This document shows, one piece after another, positions 26,101-38,029 of a DNA stretch of 64,000 nucleotides. The stretch's first letter is position 1. Each line of letters opens with the position of its first letter. Below the pieces are notes generated by a model. That model searched no databases. It worked only from the letters and a program-made list of their open reading frames with translations, and was not told where the DNA came from. Made by a program: the position numbers and the translations under genes. Source of the stretch: Octopus sinensis (taxonomy: Eukaryota); the NCBI RefSeq assembly GCF_006345805.1, contig NC_043014.1:10788001-10852000 (forward strand), in the 5' to 3' direction.

Positions 26101-26959
26101 TCCAGAGATCCCTGGCCTGGCGGTGCTACCGAGAAGCGCTACCCGTTCGGGATAAGCTCTATAGGCATGGCTCGAGAAACACGGGGCCGACCTGCCCGAG
26201 ATGCGGTCAGAGCGACGAAACCGCTCTGCACGCAATCGTGCAGTGTCCAGCAATTTCCGACCTGTGGGCTTATGTCGAACGACTGCTGTCACGTGTGGGA
26301 CGTGTCGGTTTATCAGCCGAGTCTATCGTTAATATCGTCACGCCTCCTTCCTTCAAACGGGAAGGAAGAGCTATTTTTATCATACTTGTGGCTATGGCGA
26401 AAGAATGTATCTGGTGGACGCGCCTGAAAGGATTAGAGACAAACACTTTCCTCTCTGGTCAATCTCTCATCAACTTCTTCAAGTATCACTTGAAGAGGAA
26501 AGTGAGAGTAGAGAGGCAAGTTTTGTCTAGTGAATGTTTTAAAAAAAGATGGGTGAATGTAGCAAGGATGGCACGTATGAATGACGAAGCCACCTTGACT
26601 ATGATTCTATGAACCATAAAAATTAATACAGAGAGTTGCTTATTTGCAAAAAAAAAAGAAATATAACATGTGACTTCATTGACCGAGGTTACCGTGGTCT
26701 TTTCCGTAGGCTTTTCTTTCCACGGGTAAACCGCACCTGTCCTCCCCTTTACACTTCATATTGACATTTCTGTGATAACGATCCCTATTATTCATTCCCC
26801 CCACCTTTTTAACTTCTCCCATTTTTTTGTCCTTTTTCCTTCCTTTTACGATCCCTTTTGATCGAAAACCACCACTCTCCTTTTTTTACCCCCAAAAGAA
26901 AAGCTCTACCTTGTAATTTGTTCTATCTGTGTGCAGCCCTGTGTGGCTAATAAAGAAAC
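23167..26959 (+). mobile_element. Tx1/L1-clade LINE copy 3 (ORF2 + 3'UTR, no ORF1)
   Basis: APE, RT and zf-RVT domains; flanked on both sides by (TATC)n. Confidence 0.92.
23189..26612 (+). pseudogene. ORF2: APE endonuclease + reverse transcriptase + C-terminal zinc finger, two frameshifts
   Basis: NARGL, SET, VYAP, GDWN, LDRI, TDH (APE); SPGLDG, FRPITLLNAD, DQSKAFDRV, RQGCPLS, YADD (RT); CPRC..HAIVQC. Frameshifts near 23451 and ~24095; 24153-26612 is an open 819-aa frame. Confidence 0.9.
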
Positions 26960-26978
26960 ATATCTATCTATCTATCTA

Positions 26979-27137
<159 letters not shown>

Positions 27138-27961
27138 TTATCTATCTATCTTATTTGTTTTGTTCCTGGCTGCTGCGCTGTATCACTTGTATATATTCAT
27201 AATAGCAACCAGGGTTTCTACTTCCAGCTCTAACATTTTTAGCGAATGTTTTATGGCCAAACTTGTTTTATCAGTCTATGTATTTTACCAACATTAAGCT
27301 TAACGATGCCTAATACACACTTTCCTCAAATGTCTTTGCTCTTAAATGTGCTGCCTGGTATAAGGAGTATTTAAACATGATGTTTGTATTTTCTTTGCAT
27401 GTAAACTGTAACTGTAGCCCCTCCATAAGAGATATTACGTCAGGACAAAAACTTCAGTAACTAGCCTATCGACGGCGTGTATATATCAAATATGATGCAG
27501 ATATTTGTTTTTCATCTAATACAGCTTCAATTGCGTATGCAAAATTTTTAATCAGCCGGGCGGCTTTTCGCAACATCAGTGAATATTTTATTCACTTTTC
27601 CTTATAATATCAGAGGTGATTAATTCTCGTCTGATATTACCATGTGGCTGGCTCCGAGTACGAAATACATCTGGCATGATAACTGTCCTCTGCTAGGACG
27701 AATTTTTGTCTCCCTCTGATGTTTATTGTATTTTTAAACACAGCAGGACAAATACTGGCGAGGTGACAGTGTGTTTACATTAAGCATGATACATAGATGG
27801 CTATTTTAATCTGTTTTATATAATTGGATAGATATGATTTCCTGCTTAATTGTCTTGGATGGGACGACAGTGAAACAAGTTTGATGCCAAAACACATTCG
27901 ATATAAAACTTGTAGAGTTCCAGGGAGTTTACTGGAGTTGTGAAATACCAAAAGAGCAGAA

Positions 27962-28410
27962 TGAGACGATCGGGCACAGCTGTTTTGACGCTGATTATAT
28001 GGCACGGCTGACTGGGCAATCGACCTGTTTTGGCACTGGAGGCAAACACCTCCTCTTACACACATACGTTTACGAGTGAAAAAATATACACATAGAGATA
28101 GAAAGAGTGTGAGAGTAGAGAGAGAGAGAGTAGAAAGAGAGAGAGAGAGAGAGAGAGAGACAGAGGGAGATTACACTTAATTAATTGAACACGATTGACA
28201 TAAACACATTCCCTCTCTTCATGCACATAAAAATACACTCACACACATAAATGCACAGAGGGAAGTGAGAGAAAGAGGGAGATAAAGAAAGAAAGAAGGA
28301 AGGGAGAGAGAAAGTAAGAGAAATATCAAAACGTCTGATGTCAAATAAGTCAGCGTTGAATCAGCGGCACCAAAGAAGTGGGGCCCCAACAGCTGTGCCA
28401 AAACGTCTCA
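27962..28410. mobile_element. Second copy of the TIR/MITE-like element
   Basis: Termini TGAGACG..GGCACAGCTGTT / AACAGCTGTGCCAAAACGTCTCA; internal (GA)n; homologous to 4612-4971. Confidence 0.6.
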
Positions 28411-28586
28411 TGCTTCCAAAAGAGTTTGAGAAGGAGAGGGTGTTGGGTTGTGTATTGCCATGATTGGAAAATCAGAGACGATACATCGGGGTGGGGAGCA
28501 GATGTAATGTCGGCTGAGTAAAGACTGGCTTTGAGGGAGAAAAAGATCAAAGCAGTTTAGAGTGTCTGTGTATCATGATTCAGGAT

Positions 28587-28677
28587 ACAGATAGTAGTGG
28601 AGGTGGTAGTAGTAGTAGTAATGGTAGTAGTAGTAGTGATGGTAGTAGTAGTAGTAGCGGTAGTAGTAGTAGTGATG

Positions 28678-28709
<32 letters not shown>

Positions 28710-28872
28710 GGTGGTGGTAGTAGTAGTGGTAGTAGTAGTAGTGATGGTAGTAGTAGTAGTAGTGGTAGTAGTAGTAGTGATGGTAGTAGTAGTGGTGGTT
28801 GTGGTGGTAGTAGTAGTAGTGGTAGTAGTAGTAGTGATGGTAGTAGTAGTAGTGGTAGTAGTAGTAGTGATG

Positions 28873-28904
<32 letters not shown>

Positions 28905-28983
28905 GGTGGTGGTAGTAGTAGTAGTTGTAGTGGTGGTGGTAGTGGTGGTAGTAGTGGTGGTAGTAGTAGTGGTAGTGGAAGTG

Positions 28984-29036
<53 letters not shown>

Positions 29037-29150
29037 GGTGGTGGTGGTAGTAGTAGTAGTTGTAGTGGTGGTGGTAGTGGTAGTGGTAATGGTAGTAGTG
29101 GTAGTGGTAGTGGAAGTGGTAGTGGCGGTGGCAGTAGTTGCAGTAGTTGT
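28587..29150. repeat. (AGT)n/(GGT)n compound microsatellite
   Basis: Direct inspection. Confidence 0.95.
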
Positions 29151-29224
29151 TTATCTTCATGTCAAGCTGGACTGAGTAGACATAACCCATTGCCGCTATA
29201 ACAATTTTCTTTTTTTGTCTCAGA

Positions 29225-29373
29225 TAGGAGTAGGCATGGCTGTGTGGTTAAGAAGCTTGGTTTGCAACCGCGTGGTTTTGGGTTCAGTTCCAGTACGTGA
29301 CTCCTTAGGCAAGCGTTTTCTACTATAACCCCTTGTGAGTGAATTTGCTTGACAGAAACTGTGAAAACCGGTC

Positions 29374-29406
<33 letters not shown>

Positions 29407-30725
29407 GACTGATAAATGTTGGTATCCTTTTTAACCGCGGCCATGCTGGAGCACGGCCTTAAAGGATAATTTTTTATAGTCGAAGAAATCGATCCCAGGA
29501 ATTATTCTTTGTAAGCCTAGAACTTATTCTATTGGCTTCTTTTTGCCGAACCGCTAAGTTCCGGGGACGTAAACACATCAACTTCGGTAGAGAAGAGATC
29601 GGGGGGGGGGACAAACACAGATACAAATACAGACCCACACACATATTTTATATATATATATATATATATACGACGGTTTTCTTTCAGTTTCTTGTTTCTT
29701 TATTGCCCACAAGGGGCTAAACATAGAGGGTACAAACAAGGACAGACAAAGGGATTAAGTCGATTACATCGACACCAAAAGGATGAAAGGCAAAGTCGAT
29801 CTCGGCTGAATTTGAACTCAGAATGTAACGGTAGACGAAATACCGATAATGCATTTCGCCCGGTGTGGTAACGTTTCTGCCAGCTCGCCGCCTTCTTTCA
29901 GTTTCTGTCTATCAAATCCACTCGCAAGGCTTTGGTCGGCCCGAGGCTATAGAAGAAAACACTTTCCTAAGGTGCCACGCAGTGGGACTGAACTCGGAAC
30001 CATGTGGTTGGGAAGCAACCTTCTTACTACACAGCCACACTTTAGCCTATATATACCTGTATGTATGTATGTATGTATGTATGTATGTATGTATGTATGT
30101 GTGTGTCATTGTTTGTCCCGCCACCCTGTGACAAATGGGATTGGTCTGTATATGTTCCCGTAACAAAGCGATTCGGCAAAAAGCGACCGATGAAATAAGT
30201 ATCATACTTTTAAGAAAATAAATACCGGAGTTGAGTTTTTTTTTCCGATTAAACCCTTGAAGACAATGGCCGCAATCCAATGACCGAAACAAGTAATAGA
30301 TAAAAAATACAAGACAGTGGCTGTGTGGTAAGTAGCTTGCTTTTCAGCCACATGGTTCGGGGTTCAGTTCCACTGCGTGGTACCTTGGGCAAGTGTCCTC
30401 TACTATAGCTTCAGGCCGACCAAAGCCTTGTGAGTGGATTTGGTAGACGGAAACTGAAAGAAGTCTGTCGTATATATGTATATGTATATATATATGTATG
30501 TGTGTGTTTGTGTGTCTGTGCTTGTCCCCCCACAACATCTCTTAACAACCGATGCTGGTGTGTTTACGTCCCCGTAACTTAGCGGTTCGGCAAAAGAGCC
30601 CGGTAGAATAAGTACTAGACTTACAAAGAATAAGTCCTGGGGTCGATTTGCTCGACTAAAGTCAGTGCTCCAGCACAGCCGCAGTCAAATGACTGAAAGA
30701 AGTAAAAGAATAAAAGAGAGTAAAG
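29225..30725. mobile_element. Cluster of SINE-B and SINE-A copies
   Basis: SINE-B pieces at ~29225-29690, ~29890-30050 (-), ~30090-30300 and ~30315-30725; SINE-A at ~29695-29895 (-). Confidence 0.75.
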
Positions 30726-31024
30726 AGCGCCTTTTTTTCGTTTACGACAGCAGGATATGACGATATGAGGGAAACTTGACAGCTATTTCCAGTAGACAGG
30801 GTGACTACATAGTGTCCTTATGAGATCATGATGCTAAATGGTGCAGAGAGTTCATTATGGCAAATGATTTTGGTCCCGTGCCAACCGTAAGGGCATGAGA
30901 GGTGTGAGAGAACTTGTAGTAGTTGTGAGCATTGAGTCACTGACAATGAGGATTTCAGAGAAAGAACAGGTGAGACGGATGACTACTTATTTACGGTATT
31001 TTATATCAAATTCTTTTACTGGAA

Positions 31025-31226
31025 GAAGCCATGGCTGTGTGATTAAGAAGCTCGCTTTGCAACCATGTGGTTTCGGGTTCGGTCCCATTGTACTGCATCT
31101 TGAGCAGCTGTCTCCTATTATAGTTCCGGGTCGACCAATACCTTTTGAGTGATTTGCACATCATATATGTGTGCGTGCATGTGTGTGTGTGTGTGAGTGT
31201 GTGTGTGTGTGTGAGTATGTCAGTGT

Positions 31227-31257
<31 letters not shown>

Positions 31258-32640
31258 AACACACTCCCGTTTTCAGCTTGTGTTGCTTTCTTTTTACGTC
31301 GCTGTAACTTAGCGAAAAGGGATCGATACAATAAGTAACAGACTTTAAAAAGTCATCATGGCTTGGCTTCACGAACGAAGATTAGGAAGGTTGTCCACGT
31401 CGTCTGCAGGCATGCTCATGACTGATAAGCCCGATGCGCGAAAGGCAGGTCCGTGAGCAGTGTCCTCAGACGAAGGTAACACTCGGTGTGGTGTCAGAGG
31501 CTGCTCGGGCCTTCCTCCTGAGTCTTTTGTCTTTATGCGCGACTCTTCTATGTTCTTGAAACTCGTTGACAGCGTTGAAGATCGTGTAGCACCAGGCATC
31601 ACGGTCCGCAGCCAGGTCTGTCCAGCATTGGTGGTCAACATGACATGCGGTGAGAGACTTTTTGAGGCAGTCTTTGTAGCGTTTCCTCGGGGCTCCTCTC
31701 TTACGGTGGCCGGTGGAGAGTTCGCCAAACAGGGCAATCTTAGGAGGGCGATGGTTTTCCATTCTGAAGACATGTTCTGTCCATCGGAGGTGGTACTTCA
31801 TTAGCATGGCTTCAATACTGGGGATCTCGGCCTGCTCCAAAACTTCAATGTTTGTGACGAAGTCACTCCAGTAAATGTTGAGGATGGTGCGGAGACATCG
31901 CTGGTGGAAGCGCTCGAGGAGACGGATATGACTGCGGTAGGTGACCCAGGTCTCCGAGCCGTAGACAGAGAGTGGTGAGAACCACGACCCTGTAGACGCT
32001 AATCCTTGTCTTGTTCTTCAGGTTATTATTGTGCCAAACACGTTTGTACAATCTGCCAAAGGACCTATTTGCCTTTGTCTATTGTCAATTTCCTTGTCGA
32101 TCCTTGCATCGGATGAGATGATGCAGCCCAAGTATGTGAACTGCTGTGTTGATTTCAGTTCGGTACCGCAGATAGTGATGTGGGGTGGGCGGTATTCCTC
32201 TTGGGGTGTAGGTTGGTGAAGTACCTCCATCTTCTTGAGACTAACCTCCAGGCCAAAGAGCCTCGAGGCGTCCGCAAAGCAAGACGTAATGTGCTGTAGA
32301 GCTTGCTCTGTGTGGGCGACGAGAGCAGCCTCGTCCGCGAAGAGAAGTTCTCGGATCAGCCTCTCCTGGGTCTTGGTGTGGGCTTGGAGACGCCGTAGAT
32401 TGAAGAGGTTGCCATCCAGACGGTACCTGACATACATCCCATCCCCATCCTCCACATCTTCATTTGCATGCTTGAGCATCATGCTGAAGAAGATGCTGAA
32501 GAGAGTCGATTCCAGGACACAACCCTGCTTCACGCCAAGCTTTAAAAAAAATCAAGTTTTGGGGTTGATTTGTTTGACTAAACCCTCCAAGACGGTGTTC
32601 CAACATGGCCGCAGCCTAATGACTGAAATGGATAAAAGAT
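31025..32640 (+). mobile_element. SINE-B split by an RTE insertion
   Basis: Head and body 31025-31351; tail resumes at 32549. Confidence 0.75.
31352..32539 (-). mobile_element. RTE-clade LINE 3' fragment (BovB/AviRTE-like), 5'-truncated
   Basis: KQGCVL, ELLFADEAALVAH, FTYLG, GAPRKRYKD motifs in three frames; 3' end GAAGCCAAGCCATGATGAC; 9-bp TSD CTTTAAAAA at 31343-31351 and 32540-32548. Confidence 0.88.
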
Positions 32641-32659
32641 GACAGAAGGCATATATTAG

Positions 32660-32945
32660 CAGACGTATTGCACCTAGAATTATCGTGGCACTCCTTCGGT
32701 TACAGGGTGTGACAGAGTGTGACAAGGATAGCCCTTTGAATTACAGGTACAACGGAAACAGGAAAAGTGAGAGAAAGTTGTGGTAAAAGCGTACAGCAGG
32801 GTTCGCCACCATCCCCTGCCGGAGCCTCGTGGAGTTTTAGGTGTTTTCGCTCAATAAACACTCACAACGCCCGGTCTGGGAATCGAAACCACGATCCTGT
32901 GACCGCGAGTCCGCTTCCCTAACCACTTGACCATTGCGCCTCCAC
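32660..32945 (-). mobile_element. SINE-C
   Basis: tRNA head at ~32870-32943; shortened tail. Confidence 0.8.
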
Positions 32946-32975
32946 ACGACAATGATATATACAATCATGGCCAAC

Positions 32976-33205
32976 GATTTTGGCAAACACTGGGTTTTTA
33001 TTTTTACTATTTCGTGTGAAATATCATGTAAATATTTCGTTTTTGGATTTGGTTTGCAAGATTCTTGCAAGACTATTGAAAAGGTTGCAAGACGCAACGA
33101 AAATTTTAGGAAAATAAAAATAAGAAATAAGTGGAAATTTTACCGGTGAGTGTGTCTTAAATTATAAGTCACAAAAAGAAAATCACTCTCCCTTGACACA
33201 ACAGA
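32976..33205 (+). mobile_element. H5 module (pLTR-like; second copy at 55175-55440)
   Basis: Shares GATTCTTGCAAG, GCAAGACGCAACGAAAATTTTAG and GAAATTTTACCGGTGAGTGTG with the 55-kb copy. Confidence 0.55.
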
Positions 33206-33499
33206 ATATCATGTAAATGTTAATGATTTGATATTATTTTAACAGGTTCTCTGTTACACAATAAGATTTGAAGGAGAAACTGTTGAAAACCAACAGATAC
33301 TGCAAATAATCACCAGATTGCAGAATTGGTTATATTTCCTACAAGTGGAATTGACATTCGTCTTCAATATTGCAAGTTGGAATCGCATGCAAACTAATAA
33401 TAAATAACAAGAACAGTAAGTAAAGTTATGTATGATCTCAAGAGGATTTTATGATAGATTTTCAATTAATGAAGGCTCTTCAGCTTTTATTTTCTTTTA

Positions 33500-35310
33500 T
33501 TGTAGGGATGGTATAGGCAAAAGAAAAACGTCAGTCAATAATTTCTTTCCACCAAAATGGCCTGACAACACAGGATATTCTTTTCTACTCAAGGCACAAG
33601 GCCTGAAATTTTGGGGGAGAGGGGCCAGTCGATTAGATCAACCCCAGTACGCAACTGGTACTTAATTAATCGACCCCGAAAGTATGAAAGGCAAAGTCGG
33701 CCCCGGCGGAATTTGAACTCAGTACGTAGCGACAGACGAAATACCTATTTCTGTACTACCCACAAGGGGCTAAACATAGAGGGGACAAACAAGGACAGAC
33801 AAAGGGATTAACTCGGTTACATCGACCCCAGTGCGTAACTGGTACTTAATTTATCGACCCCGAAAGGATGAAAGGTAAAGTCGACCCCGGCGGAATTTGA
33901 ACTCAGAACGTAGCGGCAGACGAAATACCGCTAAGCATTTCGCCCGGCGTGCTAACGTTTATTATTTCTTTATTGCCCACAAGGGGCTAAACATAAAGGG
34001 GACAAACAAGGACAGACAAAGGGATTAACTCGGTTACATCGACCCCAGTGCGTAACTGGTACTTAATTTATCGACCTGAAAGGATGAAAGGCAAAGTCGA
34101 CCTCGGCGGAATTTGAACTCACAACGTAGCGGCAGACGAAATACCTATTTCTTTACTACCCACAAGGGACTACACACAGAGAGGACAAACAAGGACAGAC
34201 AAACGGATTAAGTCGATTATATCGACCCCAGTGCGTAACTGGTACTTATTTAATTGACTCCGAAAGGATGAAAGGCAAAGTCGACCTCGGCAGAATTTGA
34301 ACTCAGAACGTAACGGTAGACGAAATACGGCTACGCATTTCGCCCGGCGCGCTAACGTTTCTGCCAGCTCGCCGCCTTCTGACAACACAGGATATTGTTG
34401 CTAAAGGCATTGCAACTGAAAGAACTGTGTACAAGATTATAATAACTTTCAAAGAGACAGGATCCATGACGGTGAAGAAGGCCACCTCGTCCTTAACGTC
34501 AGTCCTCTGACCGCCAAAACAGGGCGGGAGAAATTCTTTGAGGAATCGAAGTGCTGGAAGCAAACAGCTTGCTAAAGACTGGGAATCAGCCGGTGTCAGC
34601 GCTTCAGCTCGGACAGTCCGACGACAATTCCTTGACAATGTTTTCGCTTCAAGGAGTGCTGCAAAGAAACCGTTTCTGTCCAAGAAAAATGCGAAGGACA
34701 GGCTTGCCTTTTGCAGAAAATATAAAATAGTGGTCAAGTGAACAATGGAATAATGAAGTACCATTTCAGTTGTTTGGGACATCTGGAAAAAAGCTCGTTA
34801 GAAGCGACAAGGTGAACGCTATGATGAGGCCTGTATTATGGCCACAGTCAAGCATCCATAAGCCATAGCTATGTGGGGTTGCTTTTCATCCAAGGGCGTT
34901 GGATCACTGTCAGTTTTGTCGAAAAACACTTCTATGAATTCCACATGGCAACAAAATATCCTTGTAAACAATTTCCTTTTTGGCGAAGAAACTTGCATTA
35001 TCCAACAAGATGGAGCACTTTTCTACACTGCTAGAAGGATTAAAAAGTATCTTGGAGATAAAGATATTGAAATTTTGGAGCCTTGGCCGGGAAATTCTCC
35101 AGATTTAAATCCTACTGAAAATTTGCGGTCCATCCTTAAAATTCGAGTTGACAGAGAAAAGCCAATAAATATTGAACGGTTGGAAGCTCTTGTACAGCAA
35201 GAATGGTGGTTTGTAAACATGAACTAACTCAATCATTAGTTTCCAGCATACCTACACGAATTATGAACGCCTCGAAAAATAGGGGTCGCCACTGCAAATA
35301 TTGAGAGAAA
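33500..35310 (+). pseudogene. Tc1-family transposase remnant interrupted by a SINE-A array
   Basis: After removing the array: KEKRQSIISFHQNGLTTQDIVAKGIATERTVYKII (HTH), AKKPFLSKKN, WGCFSSKGVG, QQDGA, WPGNSPDLNP.EN (DDE domain); stops and frameshifts. Confidence 0.8.
33580..34378 (-). mobile_element. SINE-A concatemer (~800 bp) with one TSD
   Basis: Perfect 18-bp TSD CTGACAACACAGGATATT at 33562-33579 and 34379-34396. Confidence 0.9.
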
Positions 35311-35364
35311 GATGAATAACTGTGTATCACACATTATTGTTCATATGGTTAAATTGTGTCGGAC

Positions 35365-35429
35365 CGACCAAAGCCTTGTGAGTGGATTTGGTACATGGAA
35401 ACTGAAAGAAGCCTGTCGTATATATGTAT

Positions 35430-35507
<78 letters not shown>

Positions 35508-35720
35508 TGTGTATGGTTGTGTGTCTGTGTTTATCCCTCCAACATCGCTTGACAACCGATGCTGGTGTGTTCACGTCCCCGTAACTTAGCGGTTCGGCAA
35601 GAGAGACCGATAGAATAAGTACTAGGCTTACAAAGAATAAGTGCCGGGGGCGATTTGCTTGACTAAAGGCGGTGCTCCAGCATGGCCACAGTCAAATGGC
35701 TGAAACAAGTAAAAGAGTAG
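35365..35720 (+). mobile_element. SINE-B (5'-truncated)
   Basis: Match to family consensus. Confidence 0.8.
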
Positions 35721-36189
35721 CCGTGACTATGTACTGCATAACAACATGCCCGTCAATCGAACGATTCTCGCAAAACCCACCTCTAAGCTGTTACTAGCAT
35801 AAACACAAGGCCACAAATTTAGAAGTGGGAATTAATTGATTAAATTAACTCCAGCACTTGATTTCTTTTTCATTTTATCGACCCCCCCGCCAAGGCAAAA
35901 CAGGCATAGTTTACTTTGATGGGATTTGAACTCATTAAAAGAGATTGTGTGTGTATGCACGCACACACACAGCAGTGTCACGTCACCTATCACGAAATGG
36001 TGTAACTATAAAGTCGGGTTGACGTCAATCACACAAATTCTCATCTGGGTAGGATGCCAGCTGTTACTACCTGTTCCCGAAAGCTACATCAACTGAAGCG
36101 AAATAACAATAAAAGATTCCGTTAGCAGTGGATTTGAACCCTGATATTTTATCTTTGCAACTCTTATAATAATAAATAAATAAATAAAT

Positions 36190-36436
36190 GCGCCCTTTTA
36201 AAGCCTAGCCAGGCTCATGGGCCCGGTTTCCCGGTTTCTTTGGCGTATATGTTCCCCAGCTGGACGGGACGCCAGTCCATCGCAGCGTTACTCATTTTTG
36301 CCAGCTGAGTGGACTGGAGCAACGTGAAATGAAGTGTTTTGCTCAAGAACACAACGCGTCACCCGGTCCAGGAATCGAAACCACAATCTTACGATCATGG
36401 TGCTGACACCCTAACCACTAAGCGACGCGCCTCCAC
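36190..36436 (-). mobile_element. tRNA-SINE with the SINE-C tail but a different central domain
   Basis: Central GTGTTCTTGAGCAAAACACTTC...CCAGTCCACTCAGCTGGCAAAAATGAGTA joined to the GCGATGGACTGGCG tail. Confidence 0.7.
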
Positions 36437-37136
36437 TTAATGACATATAGTAATGCAGTATCACAGATCTTTCGTGATATTTGCATGTCTTGGAAATGAA
36501 AATAAGTAATTACCGTATGTTATACAGAAATACACTGAACTGTTATTCAGCACAACAATTATTCAGCACATATAATCGGAATACGTACTAAGTTATTGTT
36601 TAGACAAACAAAAAAACACGCGATTTGGGAAAGATTTCGGGGGAAACGTCCGTGATAGATTTGGTGTACGTCAACAACGATGCTAGAATTTTATTGTGTT
36701 AAACTTTGAAGAATTTGGTGTCGTCAATGCCGAAGCAACCAATCCTAATCTGTACTGCTTGCCACAGACACAGCTGGTGTTCCAACATAAGGTTGTCGCA
36801 GTCTGACAGTTGAAGAAAGAAACAAAAAAAAAAAACCCCCACATCATACCTGTGTTTGAATTCTTATGAAAATGTTTGTGTAAGCAGCTACACGTATATC
36901 TGTGTGTGTACGTGTGTGAGCCTGCGCCTGCGCGTCCGTGTGTGTGTGTGTGTGTGTGAGTGAGTGAACACAGCGGTATCACACCGCCTATCACGATGTG
37001 GTGCAACGATAAAGTCGGGGTGAACATCAGTACTCTAACATATCACTGAGTTAAAGTAAGTAAATGTCGGCCGATGAAATGATGCACCGCTTACCATCCT
37101 CACCAGGTCCTGAACGAGATGACGTTTCCTTTAATC

Positions 37137-37164
37137 ATTGGCTGCGCTACGTGATGACGTCAGC
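37137..37164 (+). promoter_or_regulatory. Candidate composite CCAAT(reverse)/CRE element
   Basis: ATTGG-N6-TACGTGATGACGTCAGC including a perfect TGACGTCA at 37155-37162. Confidence 0.3.
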
Positions 37165-38029
37165 AAAGAACGACTTACCATCAACTGCTTCTGTTTTTGC
37201 GCTTAGTTTTCCTGGCTTTTTTTTCGTTTGTGTTTGTTTTGTATTGTTTTTTTCTTTCTATTTAGTGTGTCAAAACATAGGTGAGACAGAACAGTGATAT
37301 AACCTTTTCTCAGAAAGAAATTGGCAGCACATGCTCGTATTCTTACATATACTTTCCCATACACACATTCAAATACACACACCCGCATTCACACACAGAC
37401 ACACATGTACACACACATACCCAAAAAATACATGCGCTCACACACGTACGCACAGTTACATATGCAAGAAAATAAATGAAGAAATAGATAAATAAAGGTG
37501 AAATTAGATCCATGTGAAACAATAGAAAAAGAATCCAGGTGTGTAAACGTATTTAAGAAATAATCTTTCCGGAAGTTTTTGTTTCCCTTCTTTTCGCTTT
37601 CTTTCTGTAATTTTTATTCTTTTATTTCATGTTGAATACCATTATTTGTAATCTTGTTTTCTTCTTTGAGGAGTAGATAGCAAAGTAGTTTAGTTTCGTA
37701 AGAGATTCTGGAAGTTTATCGGTCACTTGGTGCATATTAGTAATGTAAATCTAAAAACAAATTTCGTATGATGTACAAGATAAATCTATCGAATGATGAT
37801 TGTTATCTTCGTTCGTTTATCACGGATGTTTGATCAAAATAATGATAATAAACCACGTTAAACGAATCTGAGATAAAGGAATGGCAGAACATATCGGGAA
37901 AATATGTTTCGTTCCGGGACCCCAAGTTGTGCCCCAAACTTGCACAAATAACAACTCCAAGCAATTTTTAAACACACATAATCCTTCTTAATCTTTCCTG
38001 ATAAAGACACAAAGACACAAGGCCCGAAA

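Noticed and set aside
28573-29201. 208-aa Gly/Ser-rich ORF and overlapping poly-V / His-Tyr ORFs
   Set aside because: Pure (AGT/GGT)n microsatellite; no splice or compositional support.
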